Assembly (NCBI GenBank): GCA_964016885.1
Contig: OZ024743.1
Location: 113,956,001-114,020,000 of the forward strand
Direction: 5' to 3'
Source of the DNA: Eledone cirrhosa
Lineage: Eukaryota
DNA: 64,000 bases
Shown: positions 25,401 through 40,500 of the stretch, piece after piece
Layout: each line of letters starts with the position of its first letter
Numbering within the stretch: position 1 is the first letter of the stretch
The notes under the pieces: model-generated
The model's input: only the letters and a program-made list of their open reading frames with translations
Databases searched by the model: none
Told to the model about the DNA's origin: nothing
Translations under genes and position numbers: made by a program

Positions 25401-26923
25401 AAATGGTGATGATGTTGATGACTTGATGAGACAGGATTACAAATGAAGAGCTCCTGAGGAGGGCAAAAATCACAACCACTGAAAAAAAAAATTATGGAGC
25501 AACAACTCCACCTGGCCAGGCATATTCTTCATCTACCCAATCACAGGCAATGGAAAATAGTGATAGCTTGGACTCTTCCAGAATGCAAATGGCAAAGGTG
25601 CAATCTGAAGATCACTTGGCAGTGGACATTATCTTTCATGTCATAAGAAGTGACTAATAGTGTTGGTGACAGAAATTCCATCCATCCCATGCTACAGTGT
25701 GGAAAAGTTGACATATAAATGATGATGGTGAAAGTCATCTTATTGTCCAGCCTATTACTGCTCATTACCTCCCAGCCATCCTCTCACACAGTGTTAAAAA
25801 CTATATAATGTTTCTACTTTTGGCACAAGGCCAGCAATTACCCCAGTGCATTACTGGTGCTTTACAGAACACAAAGAGCCATAACTCTATGCTGCAAAGA
25901 TAAGTGCCTTGCGCTTTGCCGATACTGCCAAACCACCGCCCTTAAAATACAATGTATTTTGTATTATAGAACAAGGGGTAATTTCAGGTAGTTTGGTATC
26001 AAAAAAGTTAAAGACTATAATACAAATTAAGGTTTTGTTTGAAGTAACCATCAAACAAAACCTTAATTTGTATTACAGTTACTCTCCAAATCACAGAGTT
26101 AAAGATAATCCTGAAATATAAATAACTGCAAGTTAGCATCCCAACATCTTTGTTATTTTTTTTAACATTTACTGTCTAATTCACACTGTGGTAGCCAGCA
26201 AACAAAACCTTATTTTCTACAAAGAAAGCACATATGAAAATTGAATTAAATGATCTTGCCATAACTTTGACTAAATAAAACACTCTAATAATTGTTTCTA
26301 CTTTTGACACAAAGCCAGCAATTATCCCAGTGCATTACTGGTACTTTATTTGATCGACCTTGTAAGGATGAAAGACAAAGTTAACCTCGGCGGAATTTGA
26401 ACTCAGACCGTAAAGGGCCGTAACTCTATGCTGCAAAGCATGGAGTCCAGCCCTCTACCGATACTGCCAATAACAGGGCATATAAGGCCACTTAACTGAA
26501 AAAGATGCCCATTATTTTCCACTCAGTGGACTTGGCAGTATCGGTAGAGGGTCGGACGCCATGCTTTCCAGCATAGTTATGTCCCTTTACAATCTGAGTT
26601 CAAATCCCGTCGAGGTTGACTTTGCCTTTCATCCTTACGGGGGTCGATAAAATAAAGTACCAGTAATGCACTGGATAATTGCTGGCCTTGTGCCTAAAGT
26701 AGAAACAATTATTAGACTATCATCCTTACGGGTTCGATAAAATAAAATACCAGTAATGCACTGAGATATTTGCTGGCCTTGTGCCAATAGTGGAAATTTC
26801 ATGAAAAATATGGTGCGATCTTCTAATTCAATTTTCCTATTTTCTACATTTTACACAATGCTTTAAGAAAACTACAACATTCTCTTAACTATAACAGAAT
26901 ATAGATGATAAATATAAATTTAC

Positions 26924-27053
26924 CTTATTGTCCAACCTAATGTGATATTCATATCGTCCATGTGCAAATATCTCATTCCCAGGTCCCAAGTACACATCAT
27001 TTTCTCCCAGTTGTAAACTCGACAGTCAATGTCTTCCACTCGTTGAACCATGT
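26924..27053 (-). CDS. Cytokine-receptor-like gene, exon encoding the start of a cytokine-binding FN3 domain (YMVQRVEDIDCRVYNWEKMMCTWDLGMRYLHMDDMNITLGWTI)
   Basis: Acceptor atttcag and donor AG|gtaaat; 130 bp, phase 1-2, open frame. C-x9-C-x-W signature of type I cytokine receptors (gp130/domeless class). Not in the ORF track; found by reading the minus strand. Confidence 0.88.
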
Positions 27054-27615
27054 CTGAAATTCAATAATAAGAAATTATATATATATATATATATTTATAC
27101 AAAATGTGGTTGGTGTTAGGAAAGGCATCCAACTGTAAAAACCCCGGTGGAATTTACAGTCCTGTCAGAGCAAGGTACGATGTGAGCAATTCTGACCAGA
27201 CTTTTCTCTCGACACAGATGACCCATGCAAGCATGGAAAATGGACGCTAAACAGTGATGATGATGAATATATATATATATGGCTTAGTGGTTAGAGCATT
27301 GGCCTTGTAATCGAAAGGTTGTGAGTTCAATTCTCAGACCGGGTGATGTGTTGTTTCCTTGAGCAAGACACTTTATTTCACATTGCTCCAGTTTACTCAG
27401 CTGTAGAAATGAGATGATAGGGACTGGGGTCCATATCATTCCACTGCAAAGTGGACGTTTAGGTGTCACAGCAAAAAAGCACCCAGCACTCACTGTAAAT
27501 GAGGTTGGTGTTAGGAAGGGCATCCAGCTGTAGAAATCAAGCCAAAAATCAGTTCCCGTCCCACCCTTGCAAGCAGGGAAAAAGCGGACGTAAAATGAAA
27601 TGAAATGAAATGATG

Positions 27616-27646
<31 letters not shown>

Positions 27647-30600
27647 TGCATACATATATCATCATCCATATACATGCACGTGTGTGTGTGAGAGAGAGAG
27701 AGTTTTTATATAGTATAATGCAATATATAGAAAGAGAAGAAAAACAAATCTCAGTAAAGTAGATTGAAATCATGATAATATTATTTAGCCCATGGTGAAT
27801 ATCAATTGGGCAGATTTATGATATGAGCAAAGGTTTTTCACTCTTGATAACCCATCTATCTGGTTATTTTCAAAATAGAGTGTCTTGGACTACTTTCTAT
27901 CAATGTGTCCTTCCTTTTTTAAGACAATAGTGAGTGATTTGAGGGATATTTGGCTGCTATTTATAGTAGATTGAATTACCATATTTAGGGAGTGTGTATG
28001 TGTGTGCTGACCGAGAAGGAAATCTAGTTTTAGATTCTTTCACTGACTTTGCTAAATGCACTGAGGGGAAGGGCATGAATGCCACAACATGCTATCTTAT
28101 TTCTTCACATCAGTAAAGTTTGATCTCTTGATGGATGCAGCAGGTCAAGATTAACACACTGACGTTAATTTAACAGTTTCTGTGCATATGTGTGTGTGTG
28201 AGTGTTTCGTTGCATGTCTGTATGTATGTGTTACTGTTTATGTGTGAGTGTGAGTATGCATATAAAAGCATGCATGTTTCCATGCATGTGTGTGCATCTT
28301 TTGTTTTGTGTGTGTGTGTGTGTGCATATGTGTATGTATATAAATGTGCATAATAGATATATGCATGTGTATGTTTCAAAATTTATGCAAATCCACAAAA
28401 AAGAAACATAATTATCGTGTCTACTTTAAACACAAGGCCAGCAATTTGGGGGAGGGCAAAGTCGATTAAATCGACCCCAGTGTATTACCGGTGCTTTATT
28501 TTATCGACCCCCGTAAGGATGAAAAGCAAAGCTAACCTCAGCAGGATTTGAACTCAGAAACAGATAATAATGATAAAAGAAGCCATGTGAGGGTCAATGA
28601 AATATCCCACGTCTAATTATTGAGTTTCTGGCTTTTTATCAATTTTCAACATCATTTATCAGCTAATAGGTTTATTGTAATCATTTCTACAGACATTCTT
28701 ATATAGCCCAGCTATGTTAGATAAAGTCTGCAGGCAAGTATTTAGCTAGCGATAATTGTATATATAACCATGTTTGTGCATATATTCAGTGCAAGAAATG
28801 GTGAGTAATGCTGGGCCAGGAAGCAAATCTATGACCTTATAATCAGGAACCAAACACCGCAATCACTAAACCATACACCTTCATTAACCCTTTAGCATTT
28901 AAACCGGCCATATCTGACCAGAATTCCCTCACCTCCTTCTGTTCAAACGGGCTGTAACCGGCCACTCATAGTGATGTTAACCCATCGTTCTCAAAATAAA
29001 CAACTTTTTGGCACAAGGCCAGTAATTACCCCAATGAATTACTGGTGCTTTATTTTATTGACCCCGTAAAGATGAAAGGCAAAGTTAATCTCGGCGGGAT
29101 TTGAACTCAGATCGTAAAGGGCCGTAACTCTGTGCTGCAAAGCATGGTGCCCAACCCTCGATCGATACTGCCAATCCACCGGATCTCATAGATTCAATAT
29201 TATGTGAGATAATTACATGAGATAAAGTCTTTACTGCAAAAATACAGTAATAAATATAGAGTAATGTAAATGCTAAAGGGTTAAGTATCTAATGTATATA
29301 ACGATTTATGTCCTGTATCACATGGAACTTCATTAGCAAGACATTCTTGAAAAGTACAAAACAGCACTGACTAAATCACATTAAAAATTAAACCATCCAT
29401 TAGCAAAGATATAAACATTTGAATTAACAAATCCATTTTTCTACATTTTTCTGCTAAATCATTAAAGAATATTAAGAGTCTAAAATACTTTTATTTATAG
29501 TTTTTATGTAGATCTTTTATGGTTTTATTGGTTTCATTTGGCTGTGCCCATACTGGGGCAGTAGGCTCCAGTCAATCATATCAACTCCCTGCATTTATTC
29601 TATTGTTCGAGAATTGGCAGCATTGTAAGAGCATCAGCTAGAATGCTTTTTGGTATTCATTCCAGCTCCCTGTACTCTGATTTCCAAATTTGCCAAGATC
29701 AACTTTACTTTTCATCCTTTTGAAGAAGAAGAAACCAGTTGTGTTCAGAACTGAAGAGAGATGAGCTCCCCAGGTTTAAAATACCCAAGAAACTGTATGT
29801 CACTATGACGCCCCAACAAATCCATCAGGAGTTAGAGGCCAATACATAAATACATACTTCTTCTATCATCATCTAAATCAGAGGGTCTCAAAGAGCCCCC
29901 CACCCCCATCGGGTGTGGGGTGGGGCGGTGAGCAGGTCCAGGGGATGCTGGGGTCTAAGGCGGCGGTAGAGAAGATATAACAGTATATTAAATACCAATA
30001 CATATGATACATATATATTAAAATAGTAAAATAAAAAATATATATTTATTTGTACATAGCATATATCATATTATTTATTATATATAAATTAACGATTTTA
30101 TTTATTATAAATTATTTACAATTTGTGTGTTGGCAGATCTCTCTGGAAATAGTGAGCAGGGCGCTGAGGGTATTATGTGGCTGTGAGGGGGGGGCGGTGG
30201 CCCAAAAAGTTTGAGAACTTTTATTTCATAGTGGAAACATGGCAAGTAAGTCAACTGTTTTAACTAACTAATGAATTTAGTGATTAGCTGAATAATTAAC
30301 TTCTCGTTTATATTGATTACACCTGTCTAACTAAAGTCGGCATCACCGACCCATCCTCATATGAATTTTTAATATTTTTTATTGCTATCATACTGAAGAT
30401 TTATTTACACCTGTTCATTACAGTCGCTAATTGACAAACTTCAGCTTTTTAGCAATAGCTTTAACCCTTCAAAATATTCATTAAAAACATCATACGGACA
30501 ATTGTAATAATAAAACAGATTTGGTTAGAGATATGTGTGCAGTTGTGTGTGTGTGTGCATCTGTACACGTGTGTGTGATCATATAGGTGTGAGTATAGGA

Positions 30601-32074
30601 GAGGAGGTAAGAACTGATGTATAGCATCTCTAATTATTAGAATTTTGCTTTTTGCACAAAATAAACTGATAAATAAATTTTAAAAAGTAATTATTTTTAC
30701 TTTGCAAAGCAAAATTCTTCATTAGCATTAAATTAAATTATATTTTCTAGATTAGTTTTCCATTTAGATTTTTCAAAATAATCCTGTTTTCATTGCTTGC
30801 TTTTGCAAAACATTTTAAAGTTGGCACTTGTTGGTTTCCATGGAAAAGCAAAAAGTGTTTAATACTATTATCATCTAAAATACATGCTATTTGAAATTTT
30901 ACAGTGATGATGATGATAAATATAGTGTTGATGGCAGTGTTGTTGTTGTTTTTGCTGAAGCTGCAAGTGTTATGTTTCAAATGAAGGAGTTTAACACTAT
31001 GTACATGTATGGTGGTGGCTGTTAATTTATCATTATCCTTCACTCTGCCATCCTCTTTCCATTTAACCCTTTCGTTAACATATTTCTAAACTTCCGACAC
31101 GTTTCAGTTTTGAAAATTATCAAGAATTTGCAAGGATATTTGTAAGATTATGGAGTTTGAACTGTGCCTCAAGCAAATATACTGTTTAACTTGTATGATT
31201 CAGTACACCAGGCTGCATGTTAGGTCATTCTTGAGCACTACTGGTAACATGTAAGTCAGCTAAGCTTATTCCATGGTTAGGTCGGCAGTGAATAGATTAG
31301 CTTGTATTATAATAATAATGAAATTATTGTGTACAGTGCTGAGGTGCACTACAACTCATCAAACGTGCATGTATAGTACATAGAATAATGTACAAATGTC
31401 AGGAAAGTGAACATTGTACGAGTCATGGTATACATGTGTGCGCGTGTATGGAGTGGGGATATCAGGTGTAGTGTTGGCGAATTTTATCGACTGAACACTA
31501 AATACATATAAATATATTTATCATCCAATCAAATATCCTAGCTCTAATTTAAACCTTTCAATATCATCTCTAATGAAAGACACTATCTTCCATTTTCAAA
31601 TATTTAGGAAAATGATCCAGAATTTGGAGGGATCTAGTAATATAACTAACTTTATTAAGCTGATGTTTGGAACATAGCTTAAAGGTTCTTACATGAAATT
31701 GTGATGGAAGGATTTTAGTTAAATATAAACACTTTAAAACATACATTATTTAGTTAGTCTGAGTTCAAATCCCGCCGAGGTTAACTTTGCCTTTCATCCT
31801 TACGGGGTCGATAAAATAAAGTACCAGTAATGTACTGGGTAATTGCTGGCCTTGTGCCTAAAGTAGAAACAATTATTTAGTTATTGAACAAGGGGTGATT
31901 TCAAATGTTTTAGCATCAAAAGAGTTAATATGTACTGCCTCTGCCATGGGCTGTCTTGAAGATGAAAACATGCACAAGTATAGTGGACACCACATGACTG
32001 AGGGTTAAGAGGGTCACTTCACAATCATTAGGTACCAGGTTTGATTTTACTTAATGGCTTTTGGGCAAGTGTTG

Positions 32075-32260
32075 GTGGGTTGGCAGTATCGGTAGAGGGT
32101 CGGACGCCATGCTTTCCAGCATAGTTACGTCCCTTTACGATCTGAGTTCAAATCCCGCCGAGGTTGACTTTGCCTTTCATCCTTATGGGGTCGATAAAAT
32201 AAAGTACCAGTAATGCACTGGGTAATTGCTGGCCTTGTGCCTAAAGTAGAAACAATTATT
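32075..32260 (+). mobile_element. tRNA-derived SINE family A (representative copy). Others at about 1645-1831+, 2506-2692-, 4435-4545-, 9914-10101+, 11462-11570-, 25807-25940-, 26287-26470-, 26532-26712+, 28410-28557-, 29007-29181-, 31757-31876+, 35048-35210-, 59805-60023+, 62850-62925+, 63847-63999+
   Basis: A box TGGCAGTATCGGTAGAG, B box GAGTTCAAATCCC, core GCCTTTCATCCTTACGGGGTCGATAAAATAAAGTACCAG (resembles the Meta/MESC SINE core), 3' end GTAGAAACAATTATT. Confidence 0.9.
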
Positions 32261-33029
32261 TACTATAGTTACAAGTCAACCAATGCTTTCTGTTCAAACT
32301 GGCCGTAACTGGCTGCTCATACTGATGTTAAGGTATTGTTTTCAAAATAAATAACATCATCAAAATCTCATAGCTTGGCTTTGATATTATGTGAGATAAT
32401 TATATGAGGTAAAGCCTTTACTGTGAAAATACAATAGTAGATATAGAGTAATGTAAATGCTAAAGTATTAAGGGGAAATGTATTTGCAGAATGATTAGCC
32501 ACTTACAAATTTATTGATTAAGCAACAGGAACTCTCATTGTCAAAAACCATCAGAAGTCCATTCCACACAAGACCAACAACACTCCACTTTCCAGATACC
32601 ACTGACACATCAATGAAGGATGTAGTCATATGGGCAAACAAAAGAATCATTACTAATTTTATGCACGACCCTTGTTAAATTAAGTTTCAAATATCAGCTT
32701 AATAATGTTATGTCAATTACTAAATCCCTCTAAAGTTTTGATTTTTTCCAAAATGTTTGAAAATCATAGGCAGTGTCTTTCAATAGAAATATGCATCTTG
32801 GCATCAAACTGTGTGGATGTGTTTTCTTGGGGCTCTGCACGAGTCAGAAGCAACACACAACCACTTGTTGCCACCACCAAGAATAAAAAAAATGAGTCCA
32901 ACGAGGGAAATTATATTATAGTTATGGTGTTTCACATGGAACCTTATAGATATAACACAGAGAAGCATAGAATCCAAGTGAAAAAAAAATTTATTAGAAA
33001 TTCACCAAATTTCAAAATGGAACCCACTG

Positions 33030-33900
33030 TGGTCGAGGAATGCGAGGCAGTCTGTAAGACGTGGAGTCTGCTTGGACTTAGTCCAGTAGACGTCCCTCCT
33101 CCTCCTCCCCTGCTGATGTCAAGTTCCCCCAGTATACTTGGGATGCCATCCAGTGCAGCCTGGCCTCAAATAGGCTAGCACGCCAGCTTGACCAGCACCA
33201 CCTTGCATGTTTTTGCACGGCCTCACAACCCCACAGCGGTGCCTGGCTTCATGCCTTACCTCCTTCTCCACTGGCACACAGCTAGACAACGATAGCCTGC
33301 ACATCGGGGTTTCACTGAGGTTTGGCCTCCGGATCTGCGAGCTACACAAATGTCGCTGAGGATCCACCGTGGACTCTTTCGGTCTCCACCCGCTTTCCTG
33401 TCACTACAGTGCTGGCCGCCTTCCATGCTATGCTGCTCTCAACGAGGCCATAAAGCATGGCTTGGATGCTACAGGCTTCCCCTCCAAGCTCGAGCTGGTG
33501 AGGCTGGACCAAGGGGATGGCACAAGGCCAGACAGTATGACCATCTTCCTGTCTGGGATGCCATTGCTGCGACACATTCCCCAGCAGCAACCTGGTGCAG
33601 TCTACGACAAACCCAGGTTCTGCTGCACTTTGGGCTAAGGAGGGTAAACTCTCCAAGTATTGGTCGCTCTCCGACAGGTTTGCAGTCGAGCTCCTAGCAG
33701 TGGAGACTTCTGGTGTCCTCGGCCCTAGGGCTACCACCCTACTCACCACCATAGGCGCTGAGCTGGCTAGCCGCAGGTATGAGCCTCATGAGATGGAATG
33801 GCTCTTCCAGCGCATCTCCCTTACCATCCTCCAGGGAACACCTTCTCCATTCTGTCCGCCGGGGCTGTGGGGAGGTCAGCACATGGGACCCCATTTGCTC
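33030..33900 (+). mobile_element. CRE-like (RLE-type) non-LTR retrotransposon 3' relic
   Basis: [31 protein letters not shown], zinc-knuckle remnant HKCR..GLHPLSC, endonuclease motif DGTRPDSMT, KLSKY, LAVETSGVLG, WLFQRISLTILQG. GC-rich island in AT-rich DNA. Confidence 0.8.
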
Positions 33901-34013
33901 ATAATACAGAGAGATGAGGAGGGTCAGAGAGATGGAGGCGAAGACAGCGGGAGTTTGGCTCTTCTGTGTTTGGACCTGGTGTGCAGCATCAGTTGTCTGT
34001 AAGGAGGTAGAGA

Positions 34014-34058
<45 letters not shown>

Positions 34059-34212
34059 ATTATTACTACTGTCACAGCTCTCTCCTCCTCTCTATAACTA
34101 CTACGTGGTTCATATAGATGACTTGTCTGGCTGACCAGGCTATAAACTTTTAACTTCCTTATTAACCAGAATGTAGCTCCCTTTCTATTGCTCTCTCTCT
34201 CTATCAATCATC

Positions 34213-34881
34213 AATCATCATCATCATTTAACGTTTATCTTCCACACTAGCATGGGTTAGACGGGAATTGTCCCACTTGAGGCAAGATTGGTCGGGTGAC
34301 TGTATCTTGCTCGTATAGGACTATCTGGCAGGTTCTCTACAGCTGAACGCCCTTCCTAACACCAACCACATTTACAGTGTGGACTGGGAGCTTTTTACCG
34401 TGTTATCTACATGACCACATTACAGCGAGGACTGTGTGTTTTTTTGTCATGACACCTACACAACCTCATTAGTTTGAACTGGATGTTATGGTACCAACAT
34501 GACTTTATAGAGAAAGGTGTGGTGTTGGCTGGAGTGGAAGGATGGAGTAGGCGTAGTGGGTTGGGTGTATGTTCGGTTTGGAGGGGCCTACTGACTGTAG
34601 GTTAACTTTGCACGTAGGGAAGGCGGGTCTTCTGTATTACTGCGTGGCGCCAGAGATCTCGATCCAGTGACATTGTCTTAGAGAGGTACAAGTGTGCAAG
34701 GTTAGAATTTATCATGTCATCCCAGGTTTTTCTGGGTCTATCTACTCCGTAACTTCCATCAATTTTGATCGCCCTACACTTTTTTATACAGCTGTCGTCT
34801 TTCATGCGCATCGCGTGATCATACCAATGTAATCTTCTCTCAAGTAAACAGCATCTGATCCCTCTTATTCCTAATTTCTCA
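34213..34881 (-). mobile_element. 3' fragment of RTE-like LINE family 2
   Basis: Encodes MRMKDDSCIKKCRAIKIDGS...RPRKTW, followed by the 3' UTR and (GAT)n. Confidence 0.9.
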
Positions 34882-35819
34882 ATTTTTGCCCTTCATATAT
34901 ATATATATATATTTCATTTCATTTCATTTTCATTTTTACGTCCGCTTTTTCCCTGCTTGCAAGGGTGGGACGGGAACTGATTCTGGCTTGATTTCTATAT
35001 ATATATATAAGAGGAGTCACTATAAGTGTATTAATGATTTATAGTATTGGCACAAGGCCAGTAATTTGGGGGATGGGTAAGTCGATTAAATCGACCCCAG
35101 TACATTACTGGTGCTTTATTTTATCGACCCTGTAAGGATGAAAGGCAAAGTTAACCTTGGTAGGATTTGAACTCAGACCGTAAATGGACGTAACTCTATG
35201 CTGCAAAGTGTATTAATAATAATATGAAAGTTAATCGCAAAGAGTTAAATTAGAGTTAGACTATTTAATTGGCTGATAGATATATTTATATGTATAGGGA
35301 GTTCATTCACTTAATGTCTGCCAGTTTCTTCAATGCCAACCCAATCATGGAATAAGATTTACTGGCTTACAAGTTACCAGTAGGCTTCAAGAATGACCTA
35401 ACATACAACATGGTGTACTGAGTTTTACAAGTTAAACAGTAGATTGGCTAGAGACACAACATACAACCTCCACGGTCACATTTTGGTTTGTAATTTTGAA
35501 TTTGATAATGCATGTACTACACAAGACAGTCATAGTCATCATTGTCACCATCATACTCATCATCATCATAGTCACCGTCATCATCATCATCACCCTCAAC
35601 ATCATCATCATTGTCACCCTCAACATCACGGACACAGCATCTTCAGCTATGCTTTGTGAGTGAAATTGGATAGATGGAAACTGCACCTGTAATTCAAAGA
35701 GCCAGGCCTTATCATGCACTGCCATGCTGAATCTCCCTGAGATGCTCAGTTACATAGACATAACATTCATGAGCTGGCTGTTCTGTTGATTGAACAACTG
35801 GAACACATTGCTGAAATTG

Positions 35820-36598
35820 ACATCATCATCATCATCATCATCACCATCTTCACCATTACCATCATCGTTATCATTATCACCATCATTACTATCACCTTGA
35901 TATCATCATTATCACCATCATCATTGCTATCATCATCATCATCACTATCATCGTCATCATCACCATCATCATCATCACTATCATCGGTTTCACTATCGCC
36001 ATCATCACTATCTTCATGATGTCATCACCATCATTGTTATCATCATCACCACCACCATTGCTATCATCACCATCACCGTCATCGTTATCACTATCATCAT
36101 CATCACTATCATCATCATCATGTCAACATCATCATCATTATCACCATCATCATTGCTATCATCACTATCACCACCATCATTGCTATCACTATCATCATCA
36201 TCATCATGTCAACATCATCATCATTATCACCATCATCATTGCTATCATCATCACCATCATCATTGCTATCACTATCATCATCGCCATCACTATCATCATC
36301 ATCACCATCACCATCATCGTTATCACTATCATCATCATGTCAACATCATCATCATTATCACCATCATCATTGCTATCATCACCACCATCATTGCTATCAC
36401 TATCATCATCATCATTATCACCATTGCTATCATCATCACCATCACCACCATCATTGCTATCACTATCATCATCGCCATCACTATCATCATCATCATCATC
36501 ACCATCACCATTGCTATCATCACCATCACCATTGCTATCACCACCATCACCATCATCGTTACCATCATCACTATCATCATTCTCGTTCTTATCATCCA
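35820..36598. repeat. Degenerate (ATC)n / (ACC)n compound repeat with higher-order duplications
   Basis: Direct inspection; CATCATGTCAACATCATCATCATTATCACC recurs three times. Confidence 0.92.
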
Positions 36599-37384
36599 TT
36601 TGACATTTATGTTTCTATGGTGGTGTGGGTGAGGTGGAATATATACAAAACTATCCTAACTAGAAACTTGAAATTAAAAGTTAGCTTCGTTTGTTTTGTT
36701 TTCATTGCAAAATTCTTATTAAGTATACATTCTTTTTTGTTTTATTTAATTTCAATTCATTCTGCATAGACAAGTATTATAAAGTACATTATTGATTAAT
36801 TCTGCAGATATAATTGGAAAATAATGGCTATATTTATTCTTGATTAAAATCTATAGCATATGCTAATGCCTAATATTGATGGAGCATGTTGGATGATTAA
36901 AAAAAAAGTGTTGTACTGAGCGCAAAGTAATCATTATTATAATCATCATCATCATCAATATTTTAATATTTGTATTTGTGTGTTTTTTCTATGTTGACAT
37001 GAGTTGAATGAGTTTGCAATTACAGCTTCTTTGCATATATTTAGATCCTGTGTTATCTAATCTTTAAAGCTCCAATGTTGATTTCTAGCACATCTACAAA
37101 GACAGGAATTTTGCAGGAGGTAATAGCTGATTATGACAACCCCAGTATTCCACTGGTACTTTATGTTATTGACTCATCTGGAAGCTAAATGAAAAGTAAA
37201 GTTGGCCTCAGTGGGATTTGAATTCAGAATATAAAGGTATACATCTAAGTACCACATAGTAATTTCTCCATTTCTTTAATAAGTCTACCAACCCACTCCC
37301 TTTACTACATCTAATAACAAATATGAGGGTCCTTCTCTAATAAGTCTACCAACCCACTCCCTTTACCACATCTAATAACAAGTA

Positions 37385-37580
37385 TAAGGGTCCGCTAAAA
37401 AGTTCATAGACTGACTTCAGAAAGAGTGATGCTAGAACTGTGAAATCTTGCAAGCATTAATTTCAATTCTTATTAATAACTGTGTTGTTTCTTTCCTGGG
37501 AATATGTTGGAAAATAAACCCCATTTAGTCATTCCATGAGAGTATCTTGATCAGCCTATGAATTTTTCAGCCAACCCTTG
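37385..37580. mobile_element. Mariner-like MITE
   Basis: Imperfect TIRs AAGGGTCCGCTAAAAAGTTCATAGACTGA / TCAGCCTATGAATTTTTCAGCCAACCCTT. Confidence 0.6.
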
Positions 37581-37599
37581 CAAAATAGCACAGAGTAAA

Positions 37600-40500
37600 T
37601 AAACAACAACATCAACAACAATGACAGCAACAGCAACATCATTAACAACAATGACACCAACAGCAAATCAATGACAACATCATTAACAACAATGTCAGCA
37701 ACAACAGCAACAACAACATCAATGACAACAACAACAACAGTAACATCAATGACAGCAACAACAGCAGCAACATCAATGACAACAGCAGCAACATCAATGA
37801 CAACAACAGCAGCAATATCAATGACAACAACAACAGCAACATCAATGACAACAACAACAGCAATATCAATGACAACGACAGCAACAACAGCAGCAACATC
37901 AATGACAACAACAACAACAGCAACATCAATGACAACAACAGCAGCAACATCAATGACAACAACAACAACAGCAACAACAACAGCAACATCAATGACAACA
38001 ACAACAGCAACATCAATGACAACAACAACAGCAATATCAATGACAACAACAACAGCAACATCAATGACAACAACAACAGCAACATCAATGACAACAACAA
38101 CAGCAACATCAATGACAACAACAACAGCAACATCAATGACAACAACAGCAATATCAATGACAACAACAGCAATATCAATGACAACAACAACAGCAACATC
38201 AATGACAACAACAACAGCAACATCAATGACAACAACAGCAGCAATATCAATGACAACAACAGCAATATCAATGACAACAACAGCAACATCAATGACAACA
38301 ACAACAGCAACATCAATGACAACAACAACAGCAATATCAATGACAACAACAGCAGCAATATCAATGACAACAGCAACATCAATGACAACAACAGCAATAT
38401 CAATGGCAACAACAACAGCAACATCAATGACAACAACAACAGCAACATCAATGACAACAACAGCAACATCAATGACAACAACATCAATGACAACAACAAC
38501 AGCAACATCAATGACAACAACAGCAATATCAATGACAACAACAGCACCATCAATGACAACAACAACAGCAACATCAATGACAACAACAGCAACATCAATG
38601 ACAACAACAACAGCAATATCAATGACAACAACAACAGCAATATCAATGACAACAACAGCAATATCAATGACAACAACAACAGCAACATCAATGACAACAA
38701 CAGCAATATCAATGACAACAACAGCAATATCAATGACAACAACAACAGCAATATCAATGACAACAACAACAGCAACATCAATGACAACAACAGCAATATC
38801 AATGACAACAACAACAGCAACATCAATGACAACAACAGCAATATCAATGACAACAACAACAGCAATATCAATGACAACAACAGCAGCAATATCAATGACA
38901 ACAACAGCAACATCAATGACAACAACAACAGCAATATCAATGACAACAACAGCAACATCAATGACAACAACAACAGCAATATCAATGACAACAACAACAG
39001 CAACATCAATGACAACAACAGCAATATCAATGACAACAACAGCAACATCAATGACAACAACAGCAATATCAATGACAACAACAACAGCAATATCAATGAC
39101 AACAACAGCAATATCAATGACAACAACAGGAACATCAATGACAACAACAGCAATATCAATGACAACAACAACAGCAACATCAATGACAACAACAGCAACA
39201 TCAATGACAACAACAACAGCAATATCAATGACAACAACAACAGCAACATCAATGACAACAACAGCAATATCAATGACAACAACAGCAACATCAATGACAA
39301 CAACAGCAACATCAATGACAACAACAGCAATATCAATGACAACAACAACAGCAACATCAATGACAACAACAACAACAGCAACATCAATGACAACAACAAC
39401 AACAGCAACATCAATGACAACAACAACAGCAACATCAATGACAACAACAGCAATATCAATGACAACAACAGCAACATCAATGACAACAACAGCAATATCA
39501 ATGACAACAACAACAGCAATATCAATGACAACAACAGCAATATCAATGACAACAACAGGAACATCAATGACAACAACAGGAACATCAATGACAACAACAG
39601 CAATATCAATGACAACAACAACAGCAACATCAATGACAACAACAGCAACATCAATGACAACAACAACAGCAATATCAATGACAACAACAACAGCAACATC
39701 AATGACAACAACAGCAATATCAATGACAACAACAGCAACATCAATGACAACAACAGCAACATCAATGACAACAACAGCAATATCAATGACAACAACAACA
39801 GCAACATCAATGACAACAACAACAACAGCAACATCAATGACAACAACAACAACAGCAACATCAATGACAACAACAACAACAGCAACATCAATGACAACAA
39901 CAACAGCAATATCAATGACAACAACAGCAACATCAATGACAACAACAACAGCAATATCAATGACAACAACAACAGCAACATCAATGACAACAACAGCAAT
40001 ATCAATGACAACAACAGCAACATCAATGACAACAACAGCAATATCAATGACAACAACAACAGCAATATCAATGACAACAACAGCAATATCAATGACAACA
40101 ACAGGAACATCAATGACAACAACAGCAATATCAATGACAACAACAACAGCAACATCAATGACAACAACAGCAGCAATATCAATGACAACAACAGCAGCAA
40201 CATCAATGACAACAACAGCAGCAACATCAATGACAACAACAGCAGCAACATCAATGACAACAACAGCAGCAATATCAATGACAACAACAGCAACATCTTC
40301 AACGATAACAGCAACAACAATATCAATGACAACATCAAGTTCAATGACAACAACAACAACATCAAGTTCAATGACAATAACAACAACAAGAACATCAAGT
40401 TCAGTGACAACAACAACAACACAACAAGTTCAATGACAACAACAACAACAACATCAAGTCCAGTGACAACAACAACAACATCAAGTCCAGTGACAACAAC

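Noticed and set aside
29745-29810. CTGAAGA...GAAAC...GTC as a hammerhead (also CTGAAGAGCCTGAAAC at about 43140)
   Set aside because: Stems I and II do not pair.
37493-37502. STAT site TTCCTGGGAA as feedback element of the receptor
   Set aside because: A single short motif inside a MITE; no cluster.
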